Source: Octopus sinensis (lineage: Eukaryota). From it: 64,000 nucleotides of DNA. The notes beneath the pieces were generated by a model. It was not told the origin of the DNA. It saw nothing but the letters and a program-made list of their open reading frames with translations, and did not search any database. A program made the position numbers and the translations under genes. Numbering within the stretch: the stretch's first letter is position 1; each line of letters opens with the position of its first letter. The stretch lies in NCBI RefSeq assembly GCF_006345805.1, contig NC_042997.1:179056001-179120000 (forward strand). The letters are read 5' to 3'. Shown here in pieces: positions 51,535 to 64,000 of this stretch.

Positions 51535-52880
51535 GAATTATGGCACAAGGCCATCTATTTTTGAGCAGGGGCAAAAGGCCAGCTATTTTGGGGTAGATGC
51601 AGGAGGCCAGCCAATATCGGGGAAGGAGTTCAAGGCCAGCTATTTAGCGGGATTTGAACTCAGAACAAATACTTGTACTTGAACAAATACCGGAATGCAT
51701 TTTTCCAAAGCTGTTGCTGTCGCTGCTGCTGTTGCTGCTGCTGTACTGCTATTACTACTTGTATTCCTGACTTATGCCAGCAGATTATAGTGGAAGTGGT
51801 TTAGTCAATTGCATCGATTCCAGTACTACAATGTTGTTTTATTGAATCGACCCCTGTGGGATGAAAGGCAACTTCGGCACAGGGATAATTTGAACTCAGA
51901 ATCTAATGAGTCGGAAAAAATACACTAAGCATTTTGCCCTAAGGTTTCATGGTTGTGACAGTTCGCCAGCAATTTTGAGGGGAAAGGCAGTAGGCGACGC
52001 TATAAATCTTTTTACTTGATTGATACTTTATCTATTGCTCAGGGATGAAGAGCAACGTTGACCTCAGCGGGACAAATAAGGAAGGCATTTTTCTGATGCT
52101 TCGAAATTTTAACAAGCTCATGGTCTTGAAAAATTAATTATTATTTTTCCTCCTATAAGCACAAGGCCAATAATTTTGAGTTGAAGGGTTATTCGATTTC
52201 ATCGATCTCAATGCTCCACTTGTACGTATTTTGCCGATTCCGAAAGCAAACGTTAATGATTTTCCAGATCGCTACAATAATAATAATGGTTTCCAATTAT
52301 GGCACCAGGCCAGCAATTTCACGATAGGGAAATAGCCTATTACGTAGACCTTCGTACTCAAGATGATGCTTATATTATCGACAGCAAAAGATCGAAAGAC
52401 AAAACAGACATCGGCGGAATTTGATCTCAGATCATGAGGGCGGGAAAAATACGGCTAAGCACTGTGTTGGGAGTACTAAGGATTCTGCAAGCTCACGATC
52501 TTAATGAAAATATTCGTTTTAAATTTTAGCACAAGACCGGCAATTTCGTGGGAGGGCGTAAATCGGTTACAACAGCCCCAGTTCTCGGCTTTTACTTCTT
52601 TTACCGAGCCTGAATGGATGAAAAGCAAAGCCGACTGAGGCGGAATTTTATTTCAGAACCTAAAGACGGACGAAATGCCTCTAAGCATTTTTTCCGGTGT
52701 GCTAAGACCAGCAACTTCTGATTAAGTTAAATACATCGATTTCAGTGCTCAACTGGTATTTATTTTATTGACCCCCAAGAACTGAAAAGCAAAATAGACA
52801 TCGACGTAATTTGAACTAGAGGGACGAAATGCCGCTAAGTATTTTGCCCCGTGTGCAAACAATCAGGCAGCTCACCGCCC
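51535..52880 (-). mobile_element. Array of about 7 co-oriented, mutually diverged SINE family 1b copies
   Basis: Repeated gcacaaggccagcaattt tails and gaatttgaactcaga B-boxes near 51650, 51890, 52415, 52645 and 52810. Confidence 0.8.
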
Positions 52881-53479
52881 TCACCATAAATATCTTAACA
52901 TATTTTCATTCAAGAATCGCCTTGACTTTCTATTTTAAACGTCCGAGTTTTTCAATCTTTCAATTACTTTTTGTAATTATTGTTGTTCATGCTTCTGTTG
53001 TTTAATATGGGAAAATACGATTATATATTAGTATTTCTTTATTCATTAATGTTAAAATAGGAGATTTAAATGAATTTTCAAACACCTCAATCAAACAAAT
53101 CGAAGCTACAACATATACCTATTTCAGTAAGTCCAAGTTTTATATAGGTGCAAATTGATTCCATTAACTCACCTCAGGATAGTACCTCAATACTGGCGAT
53201 CTTTCGATTTATAAATATATTGTCTGGAGAGTCAGACATCTCCATTTATAAATTTCTCTTCCGATACATATATATATATATATATATATATCAGAGCGGT
53301 CAGTGGCATACATGGATGAGTAACTCAGATAAGTGCAGCGTGATGAATCAAAATTATCTACGCCTCTAGAGAATATATCAAAATTACTTAATCGCAATTA
53401 ATACAGAATTCTTTACATTTCATAACTTTATATTACACAGAGATACTACTGAGATAATTTTGTTTCAAGATCTTTTTTA

Positions 53480-54050
53480 GAACCGATTTCCAGTCTGATT
53501 TGTAGAAGTTTAAACTGGATGGGCTCTTTGCTGTATGAATACGATTAGATTCGGATCATACGTTGCTAATTTTATTATGTGAGTTATATCATAAGATAAT
53601 CTGGTCTGGGGAGGCGACACCTTCAGTTTGTGGATTAGTTCCATGTTATTAGTAAAACAGAGGATCAAGAATGTTAATGCTTCTGCTCAGGTAGAGTATT
53701 ATTTGTTCATTGAACCTTATTTGAGTGAGATCAAGTAGATATTTTGCTTGATATTGCTTATGGCGTTACATTACTGAGATTATGTTGCATTAGAGCCTTT
53801 TGATTGGTGGTGGAGATTTGAAGTCAATAGAAGTATAGTAATGAAGGCTTTCCTCAAGTTTACCATCGTAATTTGAGGTAGACCATATGATGTACATAAT
53901 AGTTGCTTTATATGTACTTTTAGTGTGTTACAGATCAGGTTTTTAATGTGACAATAAGGTAGGTTACTCGCATTCGTATTTCGATAAAGTAAATTTTAAG
54001 AATAAATGTGCTCTTAGGTTATAACTGCTCCCAATTTTATAGACTCATAT
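53480..54050 (-). mobile_element. Decayed CR1-type LINE APE endonuclease region
   Basis: RSINILD / CFTNNMELIHKLKVSP across one frameshift resembles the NILDL.FTNN..LI..V...SDH end of CR1 endonucleases. Confidence 0.55.
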
Positions 54051-55313
54051 TTACATACATATATTTGAATTATATTTTCGTTCTATTGAGCTTCAGAATA
54101 TATTGGGGCTAACTAACACCATCTTCCATGAACATATCTTTTGTCTTCTCTTAATATAAACTTTTACTTAAATTGTTTCATCTAGACTAAATTTTAATAT
54201 TGTTGATTTAACATAAATATTTATAAATTTATTTAATTTAACATTCTCTTGTCATAATACAAAACATTGCAAGCTGTTCTCTTTGAATATACATAGAGAA
54301 AAAATTTTGCCCTTACTCTACGATTAGCATTATTGTTTTTACATTTTCTGAATGTTCTCCTAATCTACTTTCATTCTAATTCCTGTGTAGTAGAATTCTG
54401 TAATTTAATATAATCTCTTAGACGTCTAGAGTCTCAGCAACTTAGCATAATCACGTTTCCCATCACGCTTTTAAAATGACACAACTTTTAGCTTTAGTAA
54501 AATTTTCAACTCATAATTTCATTTATGCTATTTACCATCACAAGTTACTTATTTTTCCTGAGTCTCAAACTTTATCTTCAGAATTAACGCTTATATTAGA
54601 ATATTCTTTTTATTTTGTAGCATTTGCTACTTCCCTTCCCATTGAATCTAAGGTAGTTCTCTTTTTGCAGGTTTTCTCATTAACCCTGCACATACATGCT
54701 TAGTTTTTCAGATGAGGAAATTAACAGACCTATTTGAGAATGAAGCAATCCTCTGATTATAAATATATGTGCGTATGTGCTTGTGTGTCTGTATGTATAT
54801 AAAGTATATATATATATATGTGAGTGTGTGTGTGTATGTGTGTATGTGTGTTTGTGCATACTCACACACTTGTATACATAGGGCGATTAATATTAGCATA
54901 AATGAAGCACTTTTCTGTTTAGCACTTCCTTATCCATATATTCCATCTACAATCACTTCACCACATCATTTATCCATGTACATGCTGCCTTGATTCAATT
55001 ACTGCTTCCCGGTAACATCTTTTAGAGCTACGGCTCAAGTCTTCCAACTTAGCTGATCTCAAAACAGCTACCACCCTCGGGACTTGAACTAGATATGATA
55101 GGACAATCAAGCTTTATAAATGTTTTATAGCGTCACTATTTATATAATTTATTTTTATAGCGGAATTATGTTATAAGGTTGGTTGATGTATTTCGCAACC
55201 AGTTGTGGAAACATATACATTAGGTAGATCCAATCCCCGTCTTCAGCGTGGAGAAATATGTATTTAACACAAGCGGTTTTATTTGTTTATATGCATTATT
55301 ATATCTCTCTGAG

Positions 55314-55542
55314 AGCGGCGAGCTGGCAGAAACATTAGCACACCAGGCGAAATGCGTAACCGTATTTCCTCTGTCGTTACGTTCTGAGTTCAAATTCTGC
55401 ACGGTCGACTTTGCCTTTCTTCTTTCGGGGTCGATAAATAAAGTATCAATTTCGCACTGGGGTCGATGTAATCGACTTAATCCCTTTGTGTGTCCTTGTT
55501 TGTCCCCTCTATGTTTAGCCCCTTGTGGGCAGTAAAGAAATA
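55314..55542 (+). mobile_element. SINE family 1a monomer
   Basis: Full head and one unit, flanked by the tatatgcat(t/c)attatat direct repeat at 55288-55304 and 55543-55559. Confidence 0.93.
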
Positions 55543-56203
55543 TATATGCATCATTATATATATATATCTCATTTTCTCTTTGACTCTCTCCCTTCTCTGT
55601 CTCTCTTCCCATACAGACACACACGCGTGCATACACTAAACGCTTTCATTCCACTAAATGTTACAAGGTATTAATGAATACCAGCCAATAGGAAAATGAA
55701 TGTAAGAAGTGGTACTGAACCCGAATGTCTGTGGCTGAAAATGAATTTAACTTCCCGCTATAATTTTTAAAAATGCATCACCTGCATTACTTAACGGATT
55801 AAAATATCTAATGAGGTAAATTTGGTTTCCATTTTATTTATTTTTATAAATATAATGTATTTGTATTTGAAAATAATATTGATGTCCACGAAAAATCTTA
55901 AATTATATTTTGCTCATCGTTGTTATTGATTTTAATTCTGTGCCCGCAACAAACAAGATATTAAGACTTTACGACTGCAATTGAATAAAATTGCAGATTA
56001 ATTTTGCCTTCATTTGAAAATTATTTTAAAATCACGAATTAATCCTCCACTCTCTATATCTGGGTCATATCCTGTCTTTTGTACGCTAGTAGTGAGCTTA
56101 TTACGAAGTAACCTTGACAATAAGAAATATGTAGTAATTTAAATATTTCTTTTAGCCTTTGTCACCTTCCTGCTCACTTAAGTATTGGTGTTGTACATAT
56201 TTT

Positions 56204-56612
56204 GGATTTCTTCGGTTTGAACGGCAGTTTTGAACATAATTTCTAGGTAACTAAAAAGTTTTAAACTTCGTATACCGGTAGAATGTGTTTATAAAACATC
56301 TTTTTCTCTTGTCTTTATTGAGAAAATTCTATAGTTTGTAAGATATTTGTTGTTTTTTTCTTCAATTTCTGCAATTTCAACCAATCAGTGACGTCTATTG
56401 AGTTAAAAAGCATTCTGTGCCGTATGCATATGTCCCTCGTTTAAGAAACAGATTGGGTTTATTTACATTTGTGAAGAAAAAAAGATACCCATCCCCCACC
56501 CCTAACCCTAAAAGAGATCGAGATGCAATATATCGATTCTAGGGTCATAATTATGGGTGACAATTTCATATGATACCGCTAGAAAAAACTGCCGTTCAAA
56601 CCGAAAAGCTCC
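56204..56612. mobile_element. MITE with GG..CC termini and an 8-bp TSD (Merlin-like)
   Basis: Perfect 21-bp subterminal inverted repeat at 56211-56231 / 56585-56605. TSD catatttt at 56196-56203 and 56613-56620. Confidence 0.85.
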
Positions 56613-57522
56613 CATATTTTTTCCTTGATAGACGTTGCTATGCTTTTTTGTTCTTTTACAGTTGCTGCTTAGCACTCGAGTTTTCAAGACTTAACAAACA
56701 GGATTTTTTGAGACCGTATGTTTCGATTTCAGAAAGTACTAGCTAGTATTTCTATCGGCACAGGCGACGTGAATGTTTAACGTTGGTTCATATTTCCATG
56801 TTTCACCCTTATTATTATTTATTTGTATGTGTATGAGAGTGTGCATTTAGTAAATCATTTCTAGAGAAGCACATTTTACTTGATTAATATCAATCTAGCG
56901 AAAATTCCACGGTTTAAGTCTGTACTTTTGAAAACATTTTGTTACTATATTAGACTAAAGTAAGGAATTCTTAAAAACTTTTTTGAATTCTTGCTGTTTA
57001 CTCATAAACCAACCATACCTTTAAATATAACTGAAATACATTTAGAAGGTATTGCTTATTAAACATGTTTGCCTGATATAGGGATTTATAGCTTAAGGAA
57101 ATAATAAATTCGAAAGAAAAATTTTATTCACACACACACACACAAACTACACTTGCTGTCCGACATCCACCAATGCTTTATCCAAGTCTTAATAATTGAG
57201 ATTATGTTCATTTCTTTACATTTCAGTACACCAACCTGCCTACAACTGTGTCAATATACCTCTGTATCTGCGTATCTATTGCTATATCTGTAGAATCACG
57301 TATGCACCTATCTATCAACCTATCTTTCTGTATGTCTGATTAACTATCATATCTACTTGCCCTTCTGTTGATGTATGTACGTACACTCACATAATACCGA
57401 TAAGTACTGAAACCTAATAACAAAAGATAAAGAATAACAATAACGGTGATGAACCAGCACAGCCATAACATTTTAGCCCGGAACATGCATACGGTAAATG
57501 AATTAGATCCACGGCTATTTGC

Positions 57523-57724
57523 TACTTTTTACTCTTTTACTTGTTTCAGTCATTTGTCTGTGGCCTTGCTGGAGCACCACATTTTAGTCGAGTAAATCGA
57601 TCCCAGGACTTATTCTTTGTAAGTCCAGTACTTATTCTATCGGTCTCTTTTGCCGAACTGCTAAGTTACAGAGAGGTAAACACACCAGCATCGGTTGTCA
57701 AGCGATGTTAGGGGGACAAACACA

Positions 57725-57793
<69 letters not shown>

Positions 57794-57931
57794 GACGGGC
57801 TTCTTTCGGTTTTAGTCTACCAAATCCACTCGCAAGGCTTTGGTCGACCCGGAGCTATAGTAGAAGACAGTTGCGCAAGGTGCCACGTAGTGGGACTGAA
57901 CCGGAATCATGTGGTTCGTAAGAAAGCTACT
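57523..57931 (-). mobile_element. SINE family 2
   Basis: Reverse complement of the family 2 copies, with an expanded internal (CA)n(TA)n. Confidence 0.9.
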
Positions 57932-58755
57932 TTATTTTATTAAATTTGCCATAGAGGCAGTACAAAGACGGGTAGCTTTGCGGGCTTGACAAACACATTA
58001 ATGAATGAAAAGGAAATAAAATGAATAAATGAGACACGAAACCCAAAACCCGCCGATTGGATTTTTCTCGAAAACATATTTTCTTTTTTTAAAAATCAAT
58101 ATGAGGTTTCAAACCTCTTACAAGAAGGAGGCACTAAAACCTCTTAATATGTTTTTTTTAAACACACAACTGAGGTCATAAACCACTACAAATAATACAA
58201 TAAGATGAGATTTCAAACCCTCTAACTAGGCTTTTGCACCTCCTACTCAACGATATACCAATCATTATCTTCAATGCCACTTAAGTTCCTGTATCCCGCC
58301 AGTTCCTATGCCTCACTCATGTAGGACATGTAAGTCATTCCAGTATAATTGCCACCCTATGCGACACTCCTTCCCAAATCTTTTAAGCCTTTCCCACAAG
58401 GTAAACCTTATGACCTGAACAGCTATCCACAGAGGACAAATTGTCTTTCAGTTCATTTTTTATAATTGGTTTGGGAAGACGGTGATGGAATCAAGAACTT
58501 TAGAATAAGTTCTAACCACCACCATCTTCTCCTCCATATCCTTTAACCAGACCTTCGGTAGGACAATCTCCCACACAATCTTATCCGTATTTTTTATTGC
58601 CAAATTTCGGTGTCATGATAGTCACCAAACTATATTTCTCACAATGAGAAAAAGTGTGAACACTTGAAATATAGTTTTCTAATAATGGTAAATGTCGTTG
58701 TTGTAAAAACAAAGTATTTGAAAAATACTCCCACCAGACAATGAGAAAAAACATC

Positions 58756-59134
58756 GGTAAAATTACAGATTAATACCCGCACGATTTTCAAAAAAAAAAA
58801 AAAAATGATTTTTTGCGTGGAATCAAGTACTGTGACCTCGTAATATGCTGTAAATCCCATGTTTGCGTTCAAAAGGGTGGCGGGGCTGCCCCCCACCCTT
58901 CCGAACCCAAATATGGGATTTACAGCACTTGATTCCACCCAAAAAATCAGAGTTCTTTTTTGCGTGAAAAGTCCGGGTGGTGGTGGTAAACCCCCCCCCC
59001 CTCCGGACAAATTCCGAACCAAAATATGGGATTTCCAGCATATTAGGAGGTCAGGGTACTTGATTCCACGCAAAAAATCCGAGTTTTTTTTTTTGTTAGT
59101 GAAAATCGTGCGGGTGTTAATCTGTAATTTTACC
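58756..59134. mobile_element. Foldback-type MITE with ~115-bp TIRs, GG..CC termini and an 8-bp TSD (Merlin-like)
   Basis: Arms at 58756-58870 and 59016-59134. TSD aaaacatc at 58748-58755 and 59135-59142. Confidence 0.93.
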
Positions 59135-59562
59135 AAAACATCTTCATTTACTATGGACCATATTGCTGAACCACAAGTAGACCAGCATCCCGAATTCAGT
59201 GAGGATTCCCTGTTTGTAAAATATATAAGCACAAACAACGACCCTCACCGGGTCCAAGAGAAAAGCCTTACCTTGCAGCAGCTTCTTTTGGCAGGCTGAA
59301 CACAGCCAGCTATCGTATTCAGTGCACAACACAATGGCGCATGTGCACACTGACAACAAAGACTCATGGGAAGTCATATAGACTCATGGGATGCAAGCTA
59401 CTTACCACATAGCCACGCCTACGCCTAAGGTTATTTTCCTTTAATGTTTCTCTATATCGATTAATGTATAATTTTAATGACCTTCATGACATTGAGTCTA
59501 TATATTAAATACATCTTGCTTGCGATTTGAACACATAAATGCAGGAAATTATAGACGCCCCC

Positions 59563-59746
59563 TCTCACTCTCTCTCTCTCTTTCTTTCTCTCTCTTTCAC
59601 TTTCTCTCTCTTTCACTTGCTCTCTCTTTCACTTTCTCTCTCTCTTTCTCTCTCTCTTTCTTTCTCTCTCTCTTTCTTTCTCTCTCTCTCTTTCTTTCTC
59701 TCTCTCTCTTTCTTTCTCTCTCCCTTTCTTTCTCTCTCTTTCACTT

Positions 59747-59778
<32 letters not shown>

Positions 59779-60060
59779 TCTTTCTTTCTCTCTCTCTCTT
59801 TCTCTCTCTCTTTTTTCTCTCTCCCTCTTTTCTTTCTATCTCTCTTTCTTTCTCTCTTTCTTCCTTTCTCTCTCTCTTTCTTTCTTTCTCTCTTTCTCTC
59901 TTTCTTTCTGTCTCTTTCACCCCTCTCTCTCTCTCTGTATTGATCTATTTGTCTATATATCTCTCTCAGTCTATGTCTGTCTCTTTCAGTCTCTGTCTAT
60001 CTCTCAGTCGCTCTCTCTCTCTCAGCCTCTGTCATGTGCTTACTCTTTCTATTTTTCTCT
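59563..60060. repeat. ~500-bp CT-rich polypyrimidine tract
   Basis: Seen directly in the sequence. Confidence 0.97.
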
Positions 60061-60602
60061 GACTCCACTATTTCCGTTTCTCTATTTGTCTCTTTCTTCT
60101 CCATAAGTCTATATGTCTGTCTCCATTCGAGTTATTACGCCCCTTGGTGTAACACAGACAAAGCTGAGACACGGCAGTAAGAACGAGAAAAATATAATAT
60201 TTTGCATATGCTGGTATTTCTATAAGAAAAAAAAACATCCTCCTATTTCCTTTCACCTCCGTGTTATCTGGTTGTATTCAACTATTCTAAAACAAATACC
60301 AAATGTTTTTGACTTATAATTTTCTATTGATTTCGAAATATTTTTATAAAATATCAAGTTTGTTTTTGTGCTTAACTCACGAGGAAATCATTCCACTATT
60401 ATTATAATTATTTTTCAATTTTTTTTGTAGCAAAAATTATAGAAAAACATTGTTCTCTCATGCATTTCGGATAACTGCTAGATCTGGTATTTCTATATTA
60501 CTCCATTTTTATTTTCGTTTGCATATTTTCCACACTAAGTCAGTTCGAAAGTACACACAAATACAAGCACACTAACACATATATATGAATTTTAGAATAT
60601 TA

Positions 60603-60665
<63 letters not shown>

Positions 60666-60799
60666 GTATATATGTATGTATGTGCGTGTGTGCATGTGTA
60701 AGTATGTATTTATCTAAACATAATAATAATAGTAATGATGACAACAACAACAACAACAACAACAATAATAATAATAATAATAATAATAATGATAATAAT

Positions 60800-61240
60800 C
60801 TTGGTATAAAAGATGGACTACCGCAAATATTCTGCTCAATACCACATATTTGCTTGTTGGTTGTTTAACTTTAACCAGTTGAGCATGTCCCTTAGTGCAT
60901 CGATATGTACATCTCTGATCACAAGCAGAAGTAGTTGGGAGCATCATAGTCATGTGTTGTGAGGGATGATTATTTGGGGTTTGTATAATTCATGTTTGGA
61001 AATATTGGCATTTCGTTCAACATCCTTAAACAATCCTTATTCAGGGACATTTTGAACGGGATGGGTTACATGACCTGAAGAAAATTCTAACGGGTCCACC
61101 ACCTACAAGGTCATAAGCTATTTATCTTGACATGAAATCATCCTGGAGGATCCTTATCATACGGGTAATCATGATGTTTATGCTGGGCTTCGTATATTTT
61201 TACCCAGTATCACTGTGATGATATGTATTGCTCTCTATGA
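60800..61240 (+). mobile_element. Diverged copy of family 3 element
   Basis: Collinear with 6986-7457 and flanked by (AAC/AAT)n and (ATG)n. Confidence 0.85.
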
Positions 61241-61314
61241 TGCAATAATGATGATGATGATGATAATAAAAACAACAACAACAACAACAAAAACAATAAT
61301 AATAATAATAATTG

Positions 61315-61420
61315 TTTTATCGACGCTGAAAGGATGACAAGCAAAGTCAATCTCGGCGAAATTTGGACTCAGAACTTTAGCAACGGACGAAATACGAAAT
61401 ACTGCTAAGCATATTGACTG
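61315..61420 (-). mobile_element. SINE family 1 fragment
   Basis: gcaaagtcaatctcggcgaaatttggactcagaac..tactgctaagcat. Confidence 0.7.
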
Positions 61421-63589
61421 GTACGTGTATTTACATGTATATCTATATATATATACACGTATAAATACATGTAAATACACGTATATATGTATATACATGT
61501 GCATATACGTGTGTGTATATATATATATACATATATACGTGTGACGTATGTGCGTGCGTGTGTGTGTGTGGGGGGGGGGTGCTTGCACGGTGTATATCTT
61601 TCTACGCATAAGAAAGTGCACGATTGACGAATTCATGTTAGGTGTTTCTTCACTTTCATTAAACATGTATAGGTATGATCTCCATACACGCACATGCACG
61701 CATACGCTTACACACACAAACGTTTGCACAGACATACACATACATATATATATGTGTGTCTGTGTGTGTGTCTCTCTCTCTCTATCTATCTGTTTGTCTG
61801 TCTTCCTGCCTGTCTGACTATCTGTGTGTCTGTGTGTCTGTCTGACTGAGCGTTTAATCTGTATATATTGTTGGTTTCGTTCAATGAATATGCATACGTA
61901 TGATTGGCGAACGTATACTAAAGTTTCCTTATTGTGTTACGTATGTGGTTGTGTAAATGGCGACTTTATCAAATATGGAATCTCTCTTGGTATGTCACTG
62001 TGACTATAATTACTTCTAACTTTTCTCTCGAGCCCCATTTAACCTGATGTTAACATCCCATTATTCATGTTCTGCTTGTTATCTTTCACGGTCCAAGCCC
62101 TCCTTTTATTCGATATTTCTTCTGTTTCTTATGTATCTTTGATTCATTATATTTCTATATACGGTGATTTATCGAGATTCAATTCCCTGTCAGAAACACC
62201 CGATCCAGATAGATCACTCTTACATACCTGACAAGCAAAAATATCCACTCCCTCTCCAGTATTATAAACTGTCACCTATTTGATTAAAAACAGCTTAGCT
62301 GAATTGATCTAATGGAATTTGATAATTTTCAACACTAGCTGCTCGAAGCCACATCCCGAATGCTAATTGAAAATTTTTATTCCTTATCATGCTATCAATA
62401 TTTTATAATATTACAGTTATTTGGAATAATTGGTTGTTACGTTTTGCTGATGATTGTGTAAATGTGGAGTGATATTAGCTATGTATTGCAGCCTAGTGCT
62501 TAGTCATTGCATTGAAGTCAGAATGAAAGCTTGATTTTTGAACACGTTTTATTTACATATGAATATATTTATCCCTTCTGTCTATTAGATGCTTTTAGCA
62601 TTCTGTTAAGAGAGGGAAAAGAGAAAGGTGTAAACTCAATTGAAAATGAAGAAACATTACAGATATTTAAACGAATCGAAGATATCATGAAACCTGTCAT
62701 AAACTAGGAAGTTACTGTCTTCAAGTGAAAGGAAACAAGTTAGGATAAAGTTAATACATCCCTGCACGATCATGATTCGTGGCAACAGCAGCTAAAATAA
62801 CGGTAGCAGAATAAACGACAGAAATTCAGATTTAGAGAGCTAAAGATTCAGCGCTGAATGTCGTTTGACTAGAGATTAGAATAAACTGGTTTGGGAAACG
62901 AGTAAACGTGGATAAATATGAACGTTTAGATGACAGAGTTGACTTGCTGACGGGCCATTTGATCGAAATGTGAATAGAACTTGCATGAAACCAAGAGAAA
63001 ACGAAAGAAAGATAATAAAATCATAACAATGGTTTCAAGACATCAAACGTAGAGAAGAGAGAAAAGACAATTTCAGTGGATTGTCAGAACGAGATTCCTC
63101 AAATCAAGCCTGTTCATTCGCATATTACATTGCATTCGCGTGCACACTGGCATTTCTATAGCTACAAGACAACAGAGAATTGTGGGACAATAACAGTAAA
63201 GAAGATAATTCTGATGTATATGATCTTAAAATCAGTTTTCTAATTCCCATACTGTATATTGCTCAATTATTGCAGCAGCTGCTGTTGTTACAGCTGTCGT
63301 TGCGGCCTTCAGTTAACCAACTGCTTTATTCGAAATTAAGATGGTGGAGAAGGAAAGAAACAATACACGCGTAAATATTGCTCTATTATATAAGATCGTT
63401 CGTAAATATATGTATATTTAAATTATATATCAAAGGCGGTTGGCTTGTGTAATTCTCTTCACGATATACAACACGAAAATAGAATAATCCTCTGAGAAAT
63501 AGTCCTCTCAGTGGACGCAAAAACATAATCGCTAACGAATATATTGGGAGCAATTCTTTCCGAAATCAATTTCTCTCTCTCTCTGTATA

Positions 63590-63800
<211 letters not shown>

Positions 63801-64000
63801 ACACATGCGCGCGCGCACACACACGCACATATTATTGGAACATGTACAAAGTGACTAAAAGTCATTTGCCATCATTATCAACCGATTAACGGCTGAGATC
63901 AGTTGACCTTAATCTGAATCTACTTTACCATTTTCTTTATCCCCCCCCCCGCCTTCACATCTTCCACATCTACTCACCGAAGCCTTTATCAAATCTACCC

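Noticed and set aside
58639-59299. 199-aa and 146-aa ORFs
   Set aside because: They run through the foldback MITE, and their mirrored content reflects the inverted repeats.
58250-59450. Flanks of the foldback MITE as a decayed L1/Tx1-like element
   Set aside because: Only vague Cys/His spacing is visible, which is not enough to call.
59520-60062. Ser/Leu/Phe-rich ORFs
   Set aside because: They are translations of the CT tract.
62945-62990. CTGACGG..CGAAA as another hammerhead
   Set aside because: A9 is missing and stems I and III do not form.

Overview
This is eukaryotic, strongly AT-rich DNA saturated with microsatellites. The repeat families look like those of an Octopus-type coleoid cephalopod; this is recognition by eye and is not database-confirmed. 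I find no intact host protein-coding gene, and most ORFs in the supplied track are translations of (TA)n, (CA)n, (ATC)n or (TATC)n tracts, or of SINE bodies. The window is a mosaic of mobile elements. It holds three tRNA-derived SINE families in many copies, a roughly 470-bp element embedded in (AAT)n tracts, and CR1-type LINEs (one young 407-aa RT fragment at 46152-47375 plus decayed copies). It also holds RTE and Penelope-like relics, Tc1/mariner (maT-like) relics, Helentron/HINE-like elements and several MITEs, two with 8-bp TSDs and GG termini (Merlin-like). The leads most worth following up are four. (1) A SINE whose 184-nt body recurs head-to-tail at the same junction in four loci, with self-complementary unit ends and a 17-bp TSD around a dimer, which could indicate a circular or multimeric RNA intermediate. 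(2) Several minimal type-I hammerhead-ribozyme-like motifs, one with a covariant G3-C8 core. (3) A strong 3' splice site fused to a 5' splice-site motif (recursive-splicing-like) at 23003-23062 on the minus strand. (4) Closely spaced inverted repeats that could form dsRNA. All mechanistic interpretations are inferences.
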